Source of the DNA: Marine group II euryarchaeote REDSEA-S11_B3N4
GTDB lineage: Archaea > Thermoplasmatota > Poseidoniia > Poseidoniales > Thalassarchaeaceae
Length of the DNA: 64,000 nucleotides
NCBI GenBank assembly: GCA_001628485.1
Contig: LURR01000012.1
Coordinates: 146,563 to 210,562 of the forward strand
Direction: 5' to 3'
The notes beneath the pieces were generated by a model. It saw only the letters and a program-made list of their open reading frames with translations. It ran no database searches and was not told the DNA's origin. The position numbers and the translations under genes are program-made. Below are positions 35,167-45,616 of the stretch, piece after piece (the first letter of the stretch is position 1; each line of letters opens with the position of its first letter).

Positions 35167-38100
35167 ATGGCCGGACGCCGCTCGATGTTTTTGCCCCTGG
35201 CTCTATTGGTCCTAATTGCTCCCATGGCGTCTTCCTCTATCTGGGTGGAAGAAGTACCTAATGGCGGTTATGATGCCGAAGGAAAGTGGGCCCCATCAGT
35301 GGAGTCAGAGATACATTGGAAATGGTGGACACATTGGAGCAGAGACAAGGATTACAACTCCATTGACGACAGACTGGAATGGCTAATTGAGCAACCGGAG
35401 GAAGTCAAGAGGGATTGGTGGAGGCGAGCTCCGGAAGGACATGCCAGGATCTTCGTAGACTACGACCACCACCCAACTGATGCCGATATCTCTGCCTTGG
35501 AGTCACTAGGGGTCGAAGTTACTTTCAGGTTCGGATACCTAAATACTGTCTCAGCCACCTCGCCTGTATCTTCAATATTGGATGAAAATGGGATTAGATC
35601 ACTCAGTGGGGTTGTGATGATTGAGGACCTCGGACTAGCTGAGACAAATATGAACGAGGCCGTGCCAAATATGGCGGTTGACAATGTCTGGAATGACTTC
35701 GGACTAGACGGAACAGGCTCGGTAATTGCGGTTCTCGATACTGGAGTTCGTGGCGACCACGAGGGTCTAAACGACATGGACGACGATCCCTTCACCTGTA
35801 TCGACGACCCTCCGGACCCAGATCCACTGGATCCAGAGCCACAACCAATCCCTTCCGACTGCGATCCGAAGATTATCGCTTTCTTTGATGCCGTTTTCAC
35901 CGATGATGAACAAGATCCCTCCACGTCATACGATTCGGGCACCCATGGCACTCATGTCGCAGGAATTGCTGCCGGCTCGGGAGGGGGGCAGACAGACCCT
36001 GGAACCGGTGAGAGATATGTCGGTGCCGCGCCTGGAGCCTACCTGATAAACATCCTAGGGTGTTGCGATGGCGACATCGAGGATGTGATGCAAGGTGCCC
36101 AGTGGGCCATAGACAATAGGGACAAGTATGGAATCGACATAGTCACCTCTTCTTTGGGGGAACAGCAGTTCGAGGTTCACATCGACAATGACGGGAGCTC
36201 CGCTTGGAGCCGTCAGATGGACATGGTCGTTGAGGCCGGAATCATAACCACCCTCTCTGCGGGTAACGAGTTCGGTGGAGCGACCCTTGCTGGGTGCAAC
36301 ACAATCGACAGCCCGGGTGACGCTGAGCTACCTGTCACAGTGGCTAGCCTGGACAAGGACCTTGGTCTGGCGATTTACAGCAGTCGTGGGTACACCTCGG
36401 ACCTCCGAGTCAAGCCGGATGTCGCTGCTATTGGCTCAAACATAATGGCCCCTGACGCAGCGACTCAGGATGGGTACACGAGCAAGTCGGGCACTAGTAT
36501 GGCCACACCGCTTATGGCCGGAATCGCAGCACTGATGGTGCAAGCGAACCCCGATTTAACGCCGACAGAGTTCAAGGACATAATCTCCGCTCACTCCATT
36601 GAGAGAGATATCCAACTCTTGAACGATCCCGGATTCAACGACTGCAGCCTCCTGGAAACCCGTCCCGACAACGAGTTCGGTTTTGGTCAGGCAGACCCAA
36701 CTGCCTTTGTAGAGGCCGCTGGGAGTATAGACAGATCCCTGAACGTCTCAATGGGAGTCTCCACCCTGCAAGAAATAGGGAATGGTAGCTATGTCACAGG
36801 TACCTCCAGTGGAGCAGCCCCGGGCACTGGCTTGGTAGAGGTTAAGGTAGGCGGAGGCCTTTGGTCGGGAGCTGCCGATTTATCCAAGGACGGGGACTGG
36901 TCATCTTGGAGCATAAAACTAGATCCGCATGAAAAATCTGGGAACTCGACAATTTATGCGAGGTTGGTAGTTTCCGATGACAGCATTTCCCCAGTGGATG
37001 CAAGAAGGGTAATTCTGGTAGATGCCCAATTTTCCGGCTCATCGTCTTCCTCGGGATTGACCAACCTAGGCCCAATCGCCTTCTTCGTACCCTTCCTGCT
37101 AGCAATAGCCCTGGTTCTGTTCGTCGGTAGAAGGGAAGAATGGCTCCAAACCCCGATCTCCCAAAGCGACCAAACTAGCGAAGACGAGATTTCGCACGCA
37201 GAGCCAGAGGATGCATTGTCTTGGTCAGAAAGGATGTGGGAAAACGTGACCGAGCTAGGCAAGGGAGGGGCGATAACCGAGAACCCAATCAAGAGAGTAC
37301 TAACCCTTTGCCTTCTCTACTTCGCCCAAGGCCTCCCGTCGGGTTTCGCAAGCGTGACATTTGCGGCATATCTCGTAGCAAACGGGGTTTCAGTGCCCGA
37401 GATAGCGATTCTGTTCGCAACTGTCTCCCTCCCATGGACCTTCAAGTGGATATGGGGGCCTCTGGTTGACTCGGTTTACATCGAGAAGTATGGTCCTCGA
37501 AGGCAATGGATAGTGTTCGCTCAAACCGGAATGGCACTGACCCTTGGCTCCTTGCTTCTGGTTCCGGACTTGAACGGGCAGATCGATTTAGTTGCTAGAA
37601 TCCTATTCCTCCACAACATATTCTCGTCGTTGCAGGACGTGGCAACCGATGCTCTCGCAGTGGAGGTTCTCGAGCCCGATGAGGTAGCCAGGGTAAACGG
37701 GCTTATGTTCGCCGCAAAGAGGGTCGGAATCATCTTCGGTGGGGCGGTCCTGGGGGTGTTAATCACCAAGATAGGGATATCCGGAGTAATCGCAGCGCAA
37801 TTAGTGATGCTCGCATTCATCATAACGGTGCCACTTTTCATGGTCGAGAAGCCAGGCGTTCAACTGTTCCCATGGTCAAGAACTTCGGTTGACACCGACT
37901 CGCAGGATTCAAGGACCGAATCCGGTGCATTGGTCGCAGAGCCGGTGGAGGACTCAGAAGAGGCCCCATGGGAGGAAGAGGAAGAGTTCAGAGTAGCAAG
38001 AATAGTCGGCTACAGTATTGCCAACAAGCGAGTATCAGTCGCCTCCTTCCTAGCGGTTTCGGGAGCCTGTATCTGGCTGTTCGGCTTCGTGATGGACGTC

Positions 38101-39093
38101 TTTACGGTAGACTGGGCCTTCGGCAAGAACGTCAGAATAGGGTTCCCGGCACTAGAGGCAAAACAAACCTTCGGATTTGACCTCAGGCCGTGGTCTGGGA
38201 CGAATAGGATTAGCCTGGCGCTGATTCTTCTATCAGTAATTTCGTGGGGGAGGTCAAGATTCATTTCACCACAATCCGGGGAATCTATGCCAAACCCGAT
38301 ATTACTTATCTTGGCTCCAATCGGCGCCCTATCCAATAGTCTGCCTGGAGGAGGTCGTTTCGATCCAGAGTCTGTCAGTAATACAATAGCAAGAACATCC
38401 TTCTATCTGACTAAGGCCTTCTCAGTCAGATCTGCCTTCCTGCTGGTTATAGCGGGTCTACTCGGTGAGCTGTATTACTTCACCAGCCCGATTTACGTTG
38501 ACATCTTCATCAATGAGGCTGGCTGGTCACAACAGAAGTACAATGGGATAGTCGGCGGCATCGCCTTGTTAGGGTCAGTTTCGGGGCAGATAATCGGTGG
38601 AGTCCTCGGAGACAAGTTCGGAATACGCAGAGTAGCGATGGTCTCGTTCTTGGTGCTGGCACTGGCGAATGCCACCTTTGCGTTCCTAGAGCCCATGTGG
38701 GGGAACACCTTGGTTATGACAATATATTTGATAGGCCAGTACTTCATTGCTGGAATCGCATTGATTTGCATTATTTCTCTGTGCATGAGGCTAACATGGA
38801 GCAAAGTAGGGGGAACCCAGTTCACAGCATACATGTCCATCCTGAATACCTCGGTCGTTTTCGCATACACGCTGACAGAGAGGATGATATCCGTCTTCAA
38901 CTACACATCTGCAATCTACATAGGCGCTGCTCTGACCCTCGTCACAACCTTCTTCCTACTTTTCATAGACGAGAATGAAACTGATCGCGTGCTCGAAGGT
39001 AGATGGGACGGTGCCGATGAATTCGATGACCTAGGGGAATCTCCCTGGTGGGATGCTGAAGAGGGGGGCGAGCAGCCTGTTGCGAGTGCATGA
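35167..39093 (+). CDS. Fusion protein: secreted subtilisin-like (S8) serine protease domain + TM linker + C-terminal AmpG/PAT-like MFS permease domain
   Basis: Signal peptide MFLPLALLVLIAPMASS. S8 triad VAVLDTGVRGDHEG / DSGTHGTHVAGIAAG / GTSMATPLMAG. TM at ~aa 630. The AmpG-like region is GLPSGF...WKWIWGPLVDSVYIEKYGPRRQWIVFAQ...LQDVATDALAVEVLEPDEVARVNG, followed by ~12 TM in total. Confidence 0.7.
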   Translation: MAGRRSMFLPLALLVLIAPMASSSIWVEEVPNGGYDAEGKWAPSVESEIHWKWWTHWSRDKDYNSIDDRLEWLIEQPEEVKRDWWRRAPEGHARIFVDYDHHPTDADISALESLGVEVTFRFGYLNTVSATSPVSSILDENGIRSLSGVVMIEDLGLAETNMNEAVPNMAVDNVWNDFGLDGTGSVIAVLDTGVRGDHEGLNDMDDDPFTCIDDPPDPDPLDPEPQPIPSDCDPKIIAFFDAVFTDDEQDPSTSYDSGTHGTHVAGIAAGSGGGQTDPGTGERYVGAAPGAYLINILGCCDGDIEDVMQGAQWAIDNRDKYGIDIVTSSLGEQQFEVHIDNDGSSAWSRQMDMVVEAGIITTLSAGNEFGGATLAGCNTIDSPGDAELPVTVASLDKDLGLAIYSSRGYTSDLRVKPDVAAIGSNIMAPDAATQDGYTSKSGTSMATPLMAGIAALMVQANPDLTPTEFKDIISAHSIERDIQLLNDPGFNDCSLLETRPDNEFGFGQADPTAFVEAAGSIDRSLNVSMGVSTLQEIGNGSYVTGTSSGAAPGTGLVEVKVGGGLWSGAADLSKDGDWSSWSIKLDPHEKSGNSTIYARLVVSDDSISPVDARRVILVDAQFSGSSSSSGLTNLGPIAFFVPFLLAIALVLFVGRREEWLQTPISQSDQTSEDEISHAEPEDALSWSERMWENVTELGKGGAITENPIKRVLTLCLLYFAQGLPSGFASVTFAAYLVANGVSVPEIAILFATVSLPWTFKWIWGPLVDSVYIEKYGPRRQWIVFAQTGMALTLGSLLLVPDLNGQIDLVARILFLHNIFSSLQDVATDALAVEVLEPDEVARVNGLMFAAKRVGIIFGGAVLGVLITKIGISGVIAAQLVMLAFIITVPLFMVEKPGVQLFPWSRTSVDTDSQDSRTESGALVAEPVEDSEEAPWEEEEEFRVARIVGYSIANKRVSVASFLAVSGACIWLFGFVMDVFTVDWAFGKNVRIGFPALEAKQTFGFDLRPWSGTNRISLALILLSVISWGRSRFISPQSGESMPNPILLILAPIGALSNSLPGGGRFDPESVSNTIARTSFYLTKAFSVRSAFLLVIAGLLGELYYFTSPIYVDIFINEAGWSQQKYNGIVGGIALLGSVSGQIIGGVLGDKFGIRRVAMVSFLVLALANATFAFLEPMWGNTLVMTIYLIGQYFIAGIALICIISLCMRLTWSKVGGTQFTAYMSILNTSVVFAYTLTERMISVFNYTSAIYIGAALTLVTTFFLLFIDENETDRVLEGRWDGADEFDDLGESPWWDAEEGGEQPVASA

Positions 39094-39343
39094 AATTCTG
39101 GAAGGTACGGATGAAGACTTCCTGGTCTTCACACAGACAATATGCCCATACTGCACTCGTGCTTTCAGAACCCTAGATTCCAAGGGGCTAACTTACTCCG
39201 AAGTGAATCTGGATAACTTCGAAGGCCTTCGAAAGGAAGTTGTGATGGAGACCGGTCACAGGACGGTCCCTGTGGTTTTCGATATGCGAGGAGACGCCCC
39301 CGTATTCGTAGGGGGTTCAGACAACCTTCTGGAATACCTCTAG
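39053..39343 (+). CDS. Glutaredoxin-like protein
   Basis: CPYC redox motif in VFTQTICPYCTRAFRTL...TVPVVF. Real start may be the GTG at 39086, which overlaps the upstream stop codon. Confidence 0.7.
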   Translation: MLKRGASSLLRVHEILEGTDEDFLVFTQTICPYCTRAFRTLDSKGLTYSEVNLDNFEGLRKEVVMETGHRTVPVVFDMRGDAPVFVGGSDNLLEYL

Positions 39344-40299
39344 AGTGTCCAGGACTGCGTGATTCCACCGGCAATTCTGACCCTCAGGAACGTCGATCCG
39401 CCCGTGAAGGTCGCAGTTAGGGTGTATTCGCCAGAAGGATAGGGTATGGTGCCCAGGGTACCCATCTCACTAGCTCCCGGACCCCAAATCCTCTCAAGTA
39501 CAGAGATTGACATATGGTCCCTCAGTGTAAAGGAAATGGATGAACCGGAACCACATTCTGCGTCCATGAAGTAGATCATCTCATCCCATTCCCCATCACT
39601 AGGATGGTCGCTGACGAGGAAAGTGTCCCTAAACTCAATGTCATTGCCCGGGTCTTCCCATGTTTCGCTGAAGAGGTCCCCCCCTCTAACGAAGTAGACG
39701 TCTCCAGTGTGCCCAGAACCCGAGTCCGACAACATCATCCTAAGGTTCGAGGTTCCCGAAGCATCCTTCCATGTGAATGACTGGAAGAATCCAATTTCGC
39801 TGTCGAAAACGTAATCCAGCCTAGAACCATCATCAGAGTTGGCGATTACTACTGCAGTACTGCCTGCTACATCGGAAACGAAAGCACTCCACTCCATTGA
39901 GAATAGGGTGAATGACCATGAGTCCCCCTGTTCCATTGGGAAACTGAGCACTTGCTGGGGAGCTCCGTTTTCGAAAGCACCTAGATCGGAGTGGGTAATC
40001 CTGCCAAGGAAAGGGTTGTGATTCAGTACGGCATGCCTCCTTGCTTCAGTCAAGCTAGAAATCGCTAACATGTATGCAGTCCCGTCTTCTTCGCTGGTAC
40101 TCGCTACAACTAGCCTTGCAGTATCGTCGCTGTAGTCCGGGGTTGAGAATGTGTACAGCCACCAGTCTCCCGTCTCCCATGTAGGCACCTCTATCTCGTT
40201 GGATCCATTGCTGCCTACTCCTGATGAACCTCCGGTGCATCCGGCGAGAGAGAACGAAAGAATCACCACGGTCATTGCCAACGCGCGATACGGGCCCAT
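39340..40299 (-). CDS. Secreted lipoprotein of unknown function
   Basis: Lipoprotein-like N-terminus (hydrophobic signal helix then Cys: MTVVILSFSLAGCTGGSS). Beta-rich, Ser/Thr/Asp-rich 319-aa protein. Confidence 0.5.
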   Translation of the reverse strand: MGPYRALAMTVVILSFSLAGCTGGSSGVGSNGSNEIEVPTWETGDWWLYTFSTPDYSDDTARLVVASTSEEDGTAYMLAISSLTEARRHAVLNHNPFLGRITHSDLGAFENGAPQQVLSFPMEQGDSWSFTLFSMEWSAFVSDVAGSTAVVIANSDDGSRLDYVFDSEIGFFQSFTWKDASGTSNLRMMLSDSGSGHTGDVYFVRGGDLFSETWEDPGNDIEFRDTFLVSDHPSDGEWDEMIYFMDAECGSGSSISFTLRDHMSISVLERIWGPGASEMGTLGTIPYPSGEYTLTATFTGGSTFLRVRIAGGITQSWTL

Positions 40300-40350
40300 G
40301 CCCTACGCTGGGGCCGACCTATCAAGAGTCTGACGCTCTTTAGTTTCGTC

Positions 40351-42438
40351 TCAAAGGGTCCCCAGTTCCCCGCTCTTTGTCAGCATTCCAGCGATAACAA
40401 CGCTGACTATGCTCATCAGCTTGATCAGTATGTTCAGAGATGGGCCGCTAGTGTCCTTGAATGGGTCTCCGATGGTATCTCCCACTACAGCAGCACTGTG
40501 GGCTTCATCGCCCTTTGCAGCACCTTGTATGTGCCCTTGCTCTATTGCCTTCTTGGCGTTGTCCCATGCTCCTCCTGCGTTTGCCATGAATAGTGCCATC
40601 AGGACGCCGCTAGCAGTAGCCCCTGCCAGAGTTCCACCCAGTGCTGCGCTACCTAGTAGCAAACCAATGACTACAGGACTAGATACGGCCACTACGCCCG
40701 GCATCACCATCTCCCTAAGCGCCGCCTTGGTGGAGATGTCCACGCAGGTTGCACTGTCTGGCTCAACTCCCTCGCGACCCTCCAGAAGACCGTCGATTTC
40801 CTTGAACTGCCTCCTAATCTCGGTTATCATGTCCTCGGCTGCTCTCCCAACTGACTTCATGGTCATGGCTGCAACAACGAAAGGAAGAGCAGCCCCGATT
40901 AGGAGCCCGATTACCACCATTGGCTCGGTCAGGCTCAAGTCTGCTGCCTCAAGATTAGCACTGGTCTTGAATGCGGCAAAGAGAGCCAGGGCAGTCAAAG
41001 CAGCACTTCCTATCGCGAACCCCTTACCGATTGCTGCGGTTGTGTTACCAATCGAATCGAGCCCATCTGTGATCTCCCTTACATCATCGCCTAGACCGGA
41101 CATTTCTGCAATTCCGCCGGCGTTATCTGCTACAGGGCCATAGGCATCCACTGTCATGGTAACGCCAACTGTGCCCAGCATCCCCATAGCCGCCATTGCT
41201 ATCCCGTACAATCCTGCATCCCCACCGTCCATCACATGGTTGGCTCCGAAGATTCCTGCAGCCATCAGTAACACCGGGATGAATACCGATTGCATCCCTA
41301 CGGCTAATCCTGCGATGGCGTTGGTAGCGCTCCCGGTCTTGCTTGCTTCCCCGATGTAAGGGATGGCCTGTACTTTGAAGAAGAACACATCTTCTATTCC
41401 AGTGTAGTATTCGGTGACTAGTCCAATTAGAATGCCGACAAGAGAACCTATTGCCACAGCTTGGATTACCTTCGTGGGCAAATCAAGGAAGTCCAGGGCA
41501 AAGTATCCTCCAACGATGAAAAGTCCAGCGGCTATGAAGGTGGTATTCCTCAATGCTGCCCCCGGATCCATGTTCTGCATTGCAGTAATGGAGAATACGC
41601 CAATGATGGAAGCAATGTAACCAACTACTGCCAGAACGATTGGAATCATCACATAGTCAGGGCCAAGGAGATCTTCACTTGCCGCTGCGATCACCATTGC
41701 TGCGATAATGCTTCCAACGAATGACTCGAAGATATCGGCGCCCATTCCCGCGACATCTCCGACGTTGTCCCCGACGTTGTCTGCAATCACGCCCGGGTTT
41801 CTGGGGTCGTCCTCGGGAATTCCCGCCTCAACCTTTCCAACAAGGTCCGCACCAACGTCTGCTGCCTTGGTGTAAATGCCGCCTCCAACTCTCGCGAACA
41901 GTGCTATCGAAGATGCTCCCATGCCGAATCCTGCAATGTTATCCACCGTTAGGAACGGTTCGGGTCCGGCTTGGGTAAGGTAGTACATCAGAGAGATGCC
42001 GGCTAGACCAAGCCCTCCTACGGCTAGACCCATCACTGCACCTCCATTGTATGAAGTGGTCAGTGCGGCTGATTGGCCACCATCGGCTGCAGCCTGTGCA
42101 GTTCGACCGTTCGCACTAGTCGCAGATCGCATTCCGGAGAATCCTGCGGCTACGCTGCATATCGCCCCAATGATGAATGCGACCATGGTTTCAAACCCGA
42201 GGCCGTTTTGTTCTCCCCCTAGGAGAAGGGCTATTGCAACGACTACAATGAATCCGGATAGCAACCTGTATTCAGCCCACAGGAACGCCATCGCACCATC
42301 ATAGATTCGCCCAGTGATTTTCGCCACCGTCTCGTTCTCGATCTTTATTGAATTCACCTTGTTGTATAGGAAAAATGCGACTAAAAGTCCGAAAAGACCC
42401 GCTGCAATCCCTATCATACCTAGTTGTTCTCCATCCAT
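40351..42438 (-). CDS. hppA: Membrane-bound proton-translocating pyrophosphatase (V-type H+-PPase), K+-dependent subtype
   Basis: Signature [19 protein letters not shown]. Also DNVGDNVGD, and [21 protein letters not shown] (Ala at the K+-dependence position). 695 aa, ~16 TM. Confidence 0.95.
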   Translation of the reverse strand: MDGEQLGMIGIAAGLFGLLVAFFLYNKVNSIKIENETVAKITGRIYDGAMAFLWAEYRLLSGFIVVVAIALLLGGEQNGLGFETMVAFIIGAICSVAAGFSGMRSATSANGRTAQAAADGGQSAALTTSYNGGAVMGLAVGGLGLAGISLMYYLTQAGPEPFLTVDNIAGFGMGASSIALFARVGGGIYTKAADVGADLVGKVEAGIPEDDPRNPGVIADNVGDNVGDVAGMGADIFESFVGSIIAAMVIAAASEDLLGPDYVMIPIVLAVVGYIASIIGVFSITAMQNMDPGAALRNTTFIAAGLFIVGGYFALDFLDLPTKVIQAVAIGSLVGILIGLVTEYYTGIEDVFFFKVQAIPYIGEASKTGSATNAIAGLAVGMQSVFIPVLLMAAGIFGANHVMDGGDAGLYGIAMAAMGMLGTVGVTMTVDAYGPVADNAGGIAEMSGLGDDVREITDGLDSIGNTTAAIGKGFAIGSAALTALALFAAFKTSANLEAADLSLTEPMVVIGLLIGAALPFVVAAMTMKSVGRAAEDMITEIRRQFKEIDGLLEGREGVEPDSATCVDISTKAALREMVMPGVVAVSSPVVIGLLLGSAALGGTLAGATASGVLMALFMANAGGAWDNAKKAIEQGHIQGAAKGDEAHSAAVVGDTIGDPFKDTSGPSLNILIKLMSIVSVVIAGMLTKSGELGTL

Positions 42439-42515
42439 AGTTACACCATTAGTTCGGCTCGCCGAATCGAGTGCTCTATTTAATCCAAATCCAATCGTAA
42501 AACTGCCTCTGCTGT

Positions 42516-43439
42516 TTAGTCAATATTTGCGTGAACAACCGAGGCAAACGAATTCAGAACCCCAGCTCCGTCGTGTTCACGTTGGAATGCAACCATTTCT
42601 TCCTCAGAAATATGGCCCCAACTGAAGGCTCTTTCCACCCTCGCTTTGGCTGCTTCGGGATGGAACTGAACCCCCCATGCAGGAAGCTCCCTGCCATTAT
42701 CTCCCATTACCCGAACCGCGGTAACTCTGTTGTGTTCAGCCGAGCCAAGTAGCAAACAACTCTCCGGAACGGTCGTAACATGATCTTGGTGGGAATATAA
42801 CGCAACGATGGCCCCTCCCTCACCGCTTCCTCTGCTGGCAAACAATTCGTCAGAGGAGCCACGCGAATTGAGTGTAAGCTCCCAGACTCCGCTGGACATT
42901 GACTCTGCTCTTTCTACGCTAGCTCCAAGGGCGTGGCATAGGAGTTGATGGCCGAAGCAGATTCCGAGCGTGGGAATGCCCATTCTCGATGAGCACCTCA
43001 TCAGCGACCCCCCGCCTCTCATCCAATCTTCCCACATTGTCACGTTTCTTCTGGAGCCGCTGCAGACTACGGCATCTGGCTCAATGGCACGAACCCAGTC
43101 CCGAGTCATTTCATCGTCTCCATGCAATGGCATTGCTATCCTCCTGAAGACCACCTCATTCCCATGCATCTCCATGCTGCACTCTTCCCAGAATGGATAC
43201 TCATAGTCCCAGTTAGGTACGTCTTTCTCTGAGATTTCGACTAGCCCTTGCTCTTGAGCGCGTAAACCAGCTTCCTCGGACTGCATCTGCGGAGTCACCA
43301 GGAGAACCTCCACAGCACTACTCTCTGCAATAGGCTGAATCACCTCTTGATTGCCGCCATGACCGAACTCCGATCTTTCGACAAGGAGGTCGATTAGGAT
43401 GACTCGCGTAACTCTTCTCACGACACTCCGAGGAGGCAA
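42516..43439 (-). CDS. Class I glutamine amidotransferase-like protein
   Basis: GATase1 catalytic Cys context [10 protein letters not shown] and C-terminal HPE motif (GVQFHPEAA). Confidence 0.65.
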   Translation of the reverse strand: MPPRSVVRRVTRVILIDLLVERSEFGHGGNQEVIQPIAESSAVEVLLVTPQMQSEEAGLRAQEQGLVEISEKDVPNWDYEYPFWEECSMEMHGNEVVFRRIAMPLHGDDEMTRDWVRAIEPDAVVCSGSRRNVTMWEDWMRGGGSLMRCSSRMGIPTLGICFGHQLLCHALGASVERAESMSSGVWELTLNSRGSSDELFASRGSGEGGAIVALYSHQDHVTTVPESCLLLGSAEHNRVTAVRVMGDNGRELPAWGVQFHPEAAKARVERAFSWGHISEEEMVAFQREHDGAGVLNSFASVVHANID

Positions 43440-43477
43440 TTCTTTGAAAGACCCCCGCCCCTCAAGGGGATAACAAC

Positions 43478-43753
43478 ATGGTCGACAAACAACTCATCCT
43501 TGACTCCGTCGGGCCCGTACAGGCCGTTCTAGACGCCCATGATGGAGTGGTAAACGTCGTAGATACCACTGATGGGGTGATAATGATCTCATTGGAGGGC
43601 GGATGCACCGGTTGCAGCGCCACTCCTATGACCGCCATGCAGATTTTCTACTCTCTGATGAAACTAGATGAGGTTCAGGATGTAGTTTTCGTAAACGGAG
43701 AATTGCCAGACTACATGCGTTCTTTCATTAACGACAAACTAAATTCAGAGTGA
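43478..43753 (+). CDS. NifU/Nfu-type Fe-S cluster scaffold domain protein
   Basis: ISLEGGCTGCSATPMTAMQI (GGCxGC motif of the NifU C-terminal domain), 91 aa. Confidence 0.7.
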   Translation: MVDKQLILDSVGPVQAVLDAHDGVVNVVDTTDGVIMISLEGGCTGCSATPMTAMQIFYSLMKLDEVQDVVFVNGELPDYMRSFINDKLNSE

Positions 43754-44086
43754 CTAGTCTTCGTCCCTTCTTGCCTTCATGATATTGTGAGGATTCGCCT
43801 CTCCTTGGACATCCTTTCCCTTTATGTTCATGACCGATGCTATTGCCATCGTTACCGCAATCACTGCAAATGGCCTTGCAATGTTCTTTGACCCCCATAT
43901 CTCTCCTCCAGAGTAGTGCAATGCGAAAAGAAGTGCGGCCGAAGACAGGCAAATCACAGAGATCAGCCTCTGAGCTAGTATCTCGCTTCTGGTTGTCTTG
44001 GACAGAGAACCTATGGCCATCCAGAGGAAAGTGGCAAGTCCACAAAGACTCAGAGAGGCAGCCTCAATCAACTCCAGATATTCCAT
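43754..44086 (-). CDS. Small membrane protein (3 TM)
   Basis: Hydrophobic 110-aa ORF. An alternative ORF in the same region, 43728..44045 (-), is less protein-like. Confidence 0.35.
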   Translation of the reverse strand: MEYLELIEAASLSLCGLATFLWMAIGSLSKTTRSEILAQRLISVICLSSAALLFALHYSGGEIWGSKNIARPFAVIAVTMAIASVMNIKGKDVQGEANPHNIMKARRDED

Positions 44087-44164
44087 GTTAGGCCCCTATG
44101 GGAGGTGGTTTGAGTATGTTATTATCTATCAACAAGCCAATATATTGTACTATTATGGGCATTT

Positions 44165-44554
44165 ATGGGGATATCGCCCAGATCTCGGTGGTCAAACCGC
44201 GATGAATCATCATACAAGGAGCAGAGATCAGGAACCAAATCAGGAATTAGACCTAGAACGAGTAAATGGGCCGAGCCATTCGCAGAAGCTTCTGCATCAA
44301 TGCTAATCATTGGACAGTTGACAAGCCTGTTAACATTGGTAATGATGCATGCAGGAAAATCTTCGGGATCAGGATCTTTTGAGACCAACTCATGGGCGCT
44401 GGGAGAATCGGCATTTCTGGTGACTGGAGGCTTCGGAATCGCCTCATTCCTCTTTTTGTTCAGAGTATCCTTTTCCCGAAAGGCCCCTAAGAGGCGGAAG
44501 AGGATGGCTAGAATTTGGCTACTATCATTCCTCCTTGCGACACAACTGACTTGA
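44165..44554 (+). CDS. Small membrane protein (hypothetical)
   Basis: Two predicted TM helices and a basic C-terminal tail. Competes with the antisense ORF 44122..44592 (-). Chosen on composition only. Confidence 0.25.
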   Translation: MGISPRSRWSNRDESSYKEQRSGTKSGIRPRTSKWAEPFAEASASMLIIGQLTSLLTLVMMHAGKSSGSGSFETNSWALGESAFLVTGGFGIASFLFLFRVSFSRKAPKRRKRMARIWLLSFLLATQLT

Positions 44555-44586
44555 GTGCCTAAGTACTCCGGGGTCTGATAACTACC

Positions 44587-45450
44587 ATGCATCCAGCAAC
44601 CAATGCGACTTTTGCAATCTCCGGATCTCTACTATTCATCGGAATCCTCTTCTTCGGTACCGGGACCCCAATTCCTCTTCTCGACTCTACTGATGACGAC
44701 CCGGAGGTACAGTTCTTCTTCTCTGGAACAGCGACAACACTATTGTTCGAGCAAACCGACTCCGGGTCCAACAATGGATGGGCAGTTTACACGTATGGGA
44801 TGTACAATGACTCGGATGGAGATGGTTTGTGGGACGATTGCTACTCAGTCGAGATTTCACTTCTGAATGAATCGGGAGTGGATTTCTATTACCCAGCTTG
44901 TGAAGTTTCCACTCAAAGGGAAGATGTAATTGATATGATATACATAGGCCAGTTTTGCTTTAATCCTAACAACTCTTCCTCCCCTGGTTGTACTGATGGC
45001 AACTACTCTATGGAGTCAAGCCGATACGTCAGAATCTCACAAGAGTTCGAAAAACCAGACGTTTCCGTATTGTCCTCATTTGCAAGCTGGATAAGAGACG
45101 GGCTAGTTTCAGGCGTTACCCTGATTTGTGGGGGTCTACTGTTGTTTTTACTCGCGATGGTGCTCGCCGTAGCCCTGCCGGAAAAGTCGGAGGAACCAGT
45201 GAAAAAGAAGAGAAGCGGGCCAACCGCCGAATGGCGGGCGTACTCCCTCTCTGGCCAGGAGAGGGGAGATGATGGCATGCCCAAGGCATTCAGCAGACAT
45301 TCCGAGAGGAAGGATATCTTCAGGAAGCCCAGGAAGGGAAATGTAATCGGTGGCGTGCATAAGTCGGGCGGATTGTATCTAGAGGGATGGAATTCGGAGG
45401 ACTCAGATGCTGCTTACAAGAAAAAGGTGGAAGACAGAAGGGGGAAATGA
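44587..45450 (+). CDS. Membrane-anchored protein with extracytoplasmic Cys-containing domain and basic cytoplasmic tail
   Basis: N-terminal TM (ISGSLLFIGILFFG), a ~170-aa domain with 6 Cys, a second TM (VTLICGGLLLFLLAMVLAVAL), and a Lys/Arg-rich tail. Confidence 0.45.
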   Translation: MHPATNATFAISGSLLFIGILFFGTGTPIPLLDSTDDDPEVQFFFSGTATTLLFEQTDSGSNNGWAVYTYGMYNDSDGDGLWDDCYSVEISLLNESGVDFYYPACEVSTQREDVIDMIYIGQFCFNPNNSSSPGCTDGNYSMESSRYVRISQEFEKPDVSVLSSFASWIRDGLVSGVTLICGGLLLFLLAMVLAVALPEKSEEPVKKKRSGPTAEWRAYSLSGQERGDDGMPKAFSRHSERKDIFRKPRKGNVIGGVHKSGGLYLEGWNSEDSDAAYKKKVEDRRGK

Positions 45451-45616
45451 CTCATAGGAGCAGAGGAACCAGCATCAGAAGTATACCCACCACCACAATT
45501 GCTCCTACTGATCTGATGAGAAGTCCGAATATCGAATCTAGAACCATGCCGCTGTATGGCCTTCGAGCCTTTCTCACGTAAATCGGAGAAACCTCTTCTT
45601 CCTCCATAACCTAGCC

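Noticed and set aside
35167-39093. Possibility that the subtilase-MFS 'fusion' is two genes joined by a sequencing error
   Set aside because: Not rejected outright. The frame is continuous for 3.9 kb with a sensible TM-plus-linker junction and no internal start or RBS-like break, so I kept it as a fusion. It needs read-level confirmation.
40409-42304. Several long plus-strand ORFs (244 aa, 102 aa, 85 aa, etc.) inside the hppA region
   Set aside because: They are antisense shadow ORFs of the unambiguous H+-PPase gene. Their Ala/Pro/Ser-rich low-complexity translations are typical of the reverse strand of a GC-biased membrane-protein gene.
44122-44592. 156-aa minus-strand ORF between the small membrane protein and the 44587 gene
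   Set aside because: It competes with the plus-strand 44165..44554 ORF, which has clear TM helices. The minus-strand translation has no motifs or hydrophobic periodicity. Neither call is strong.
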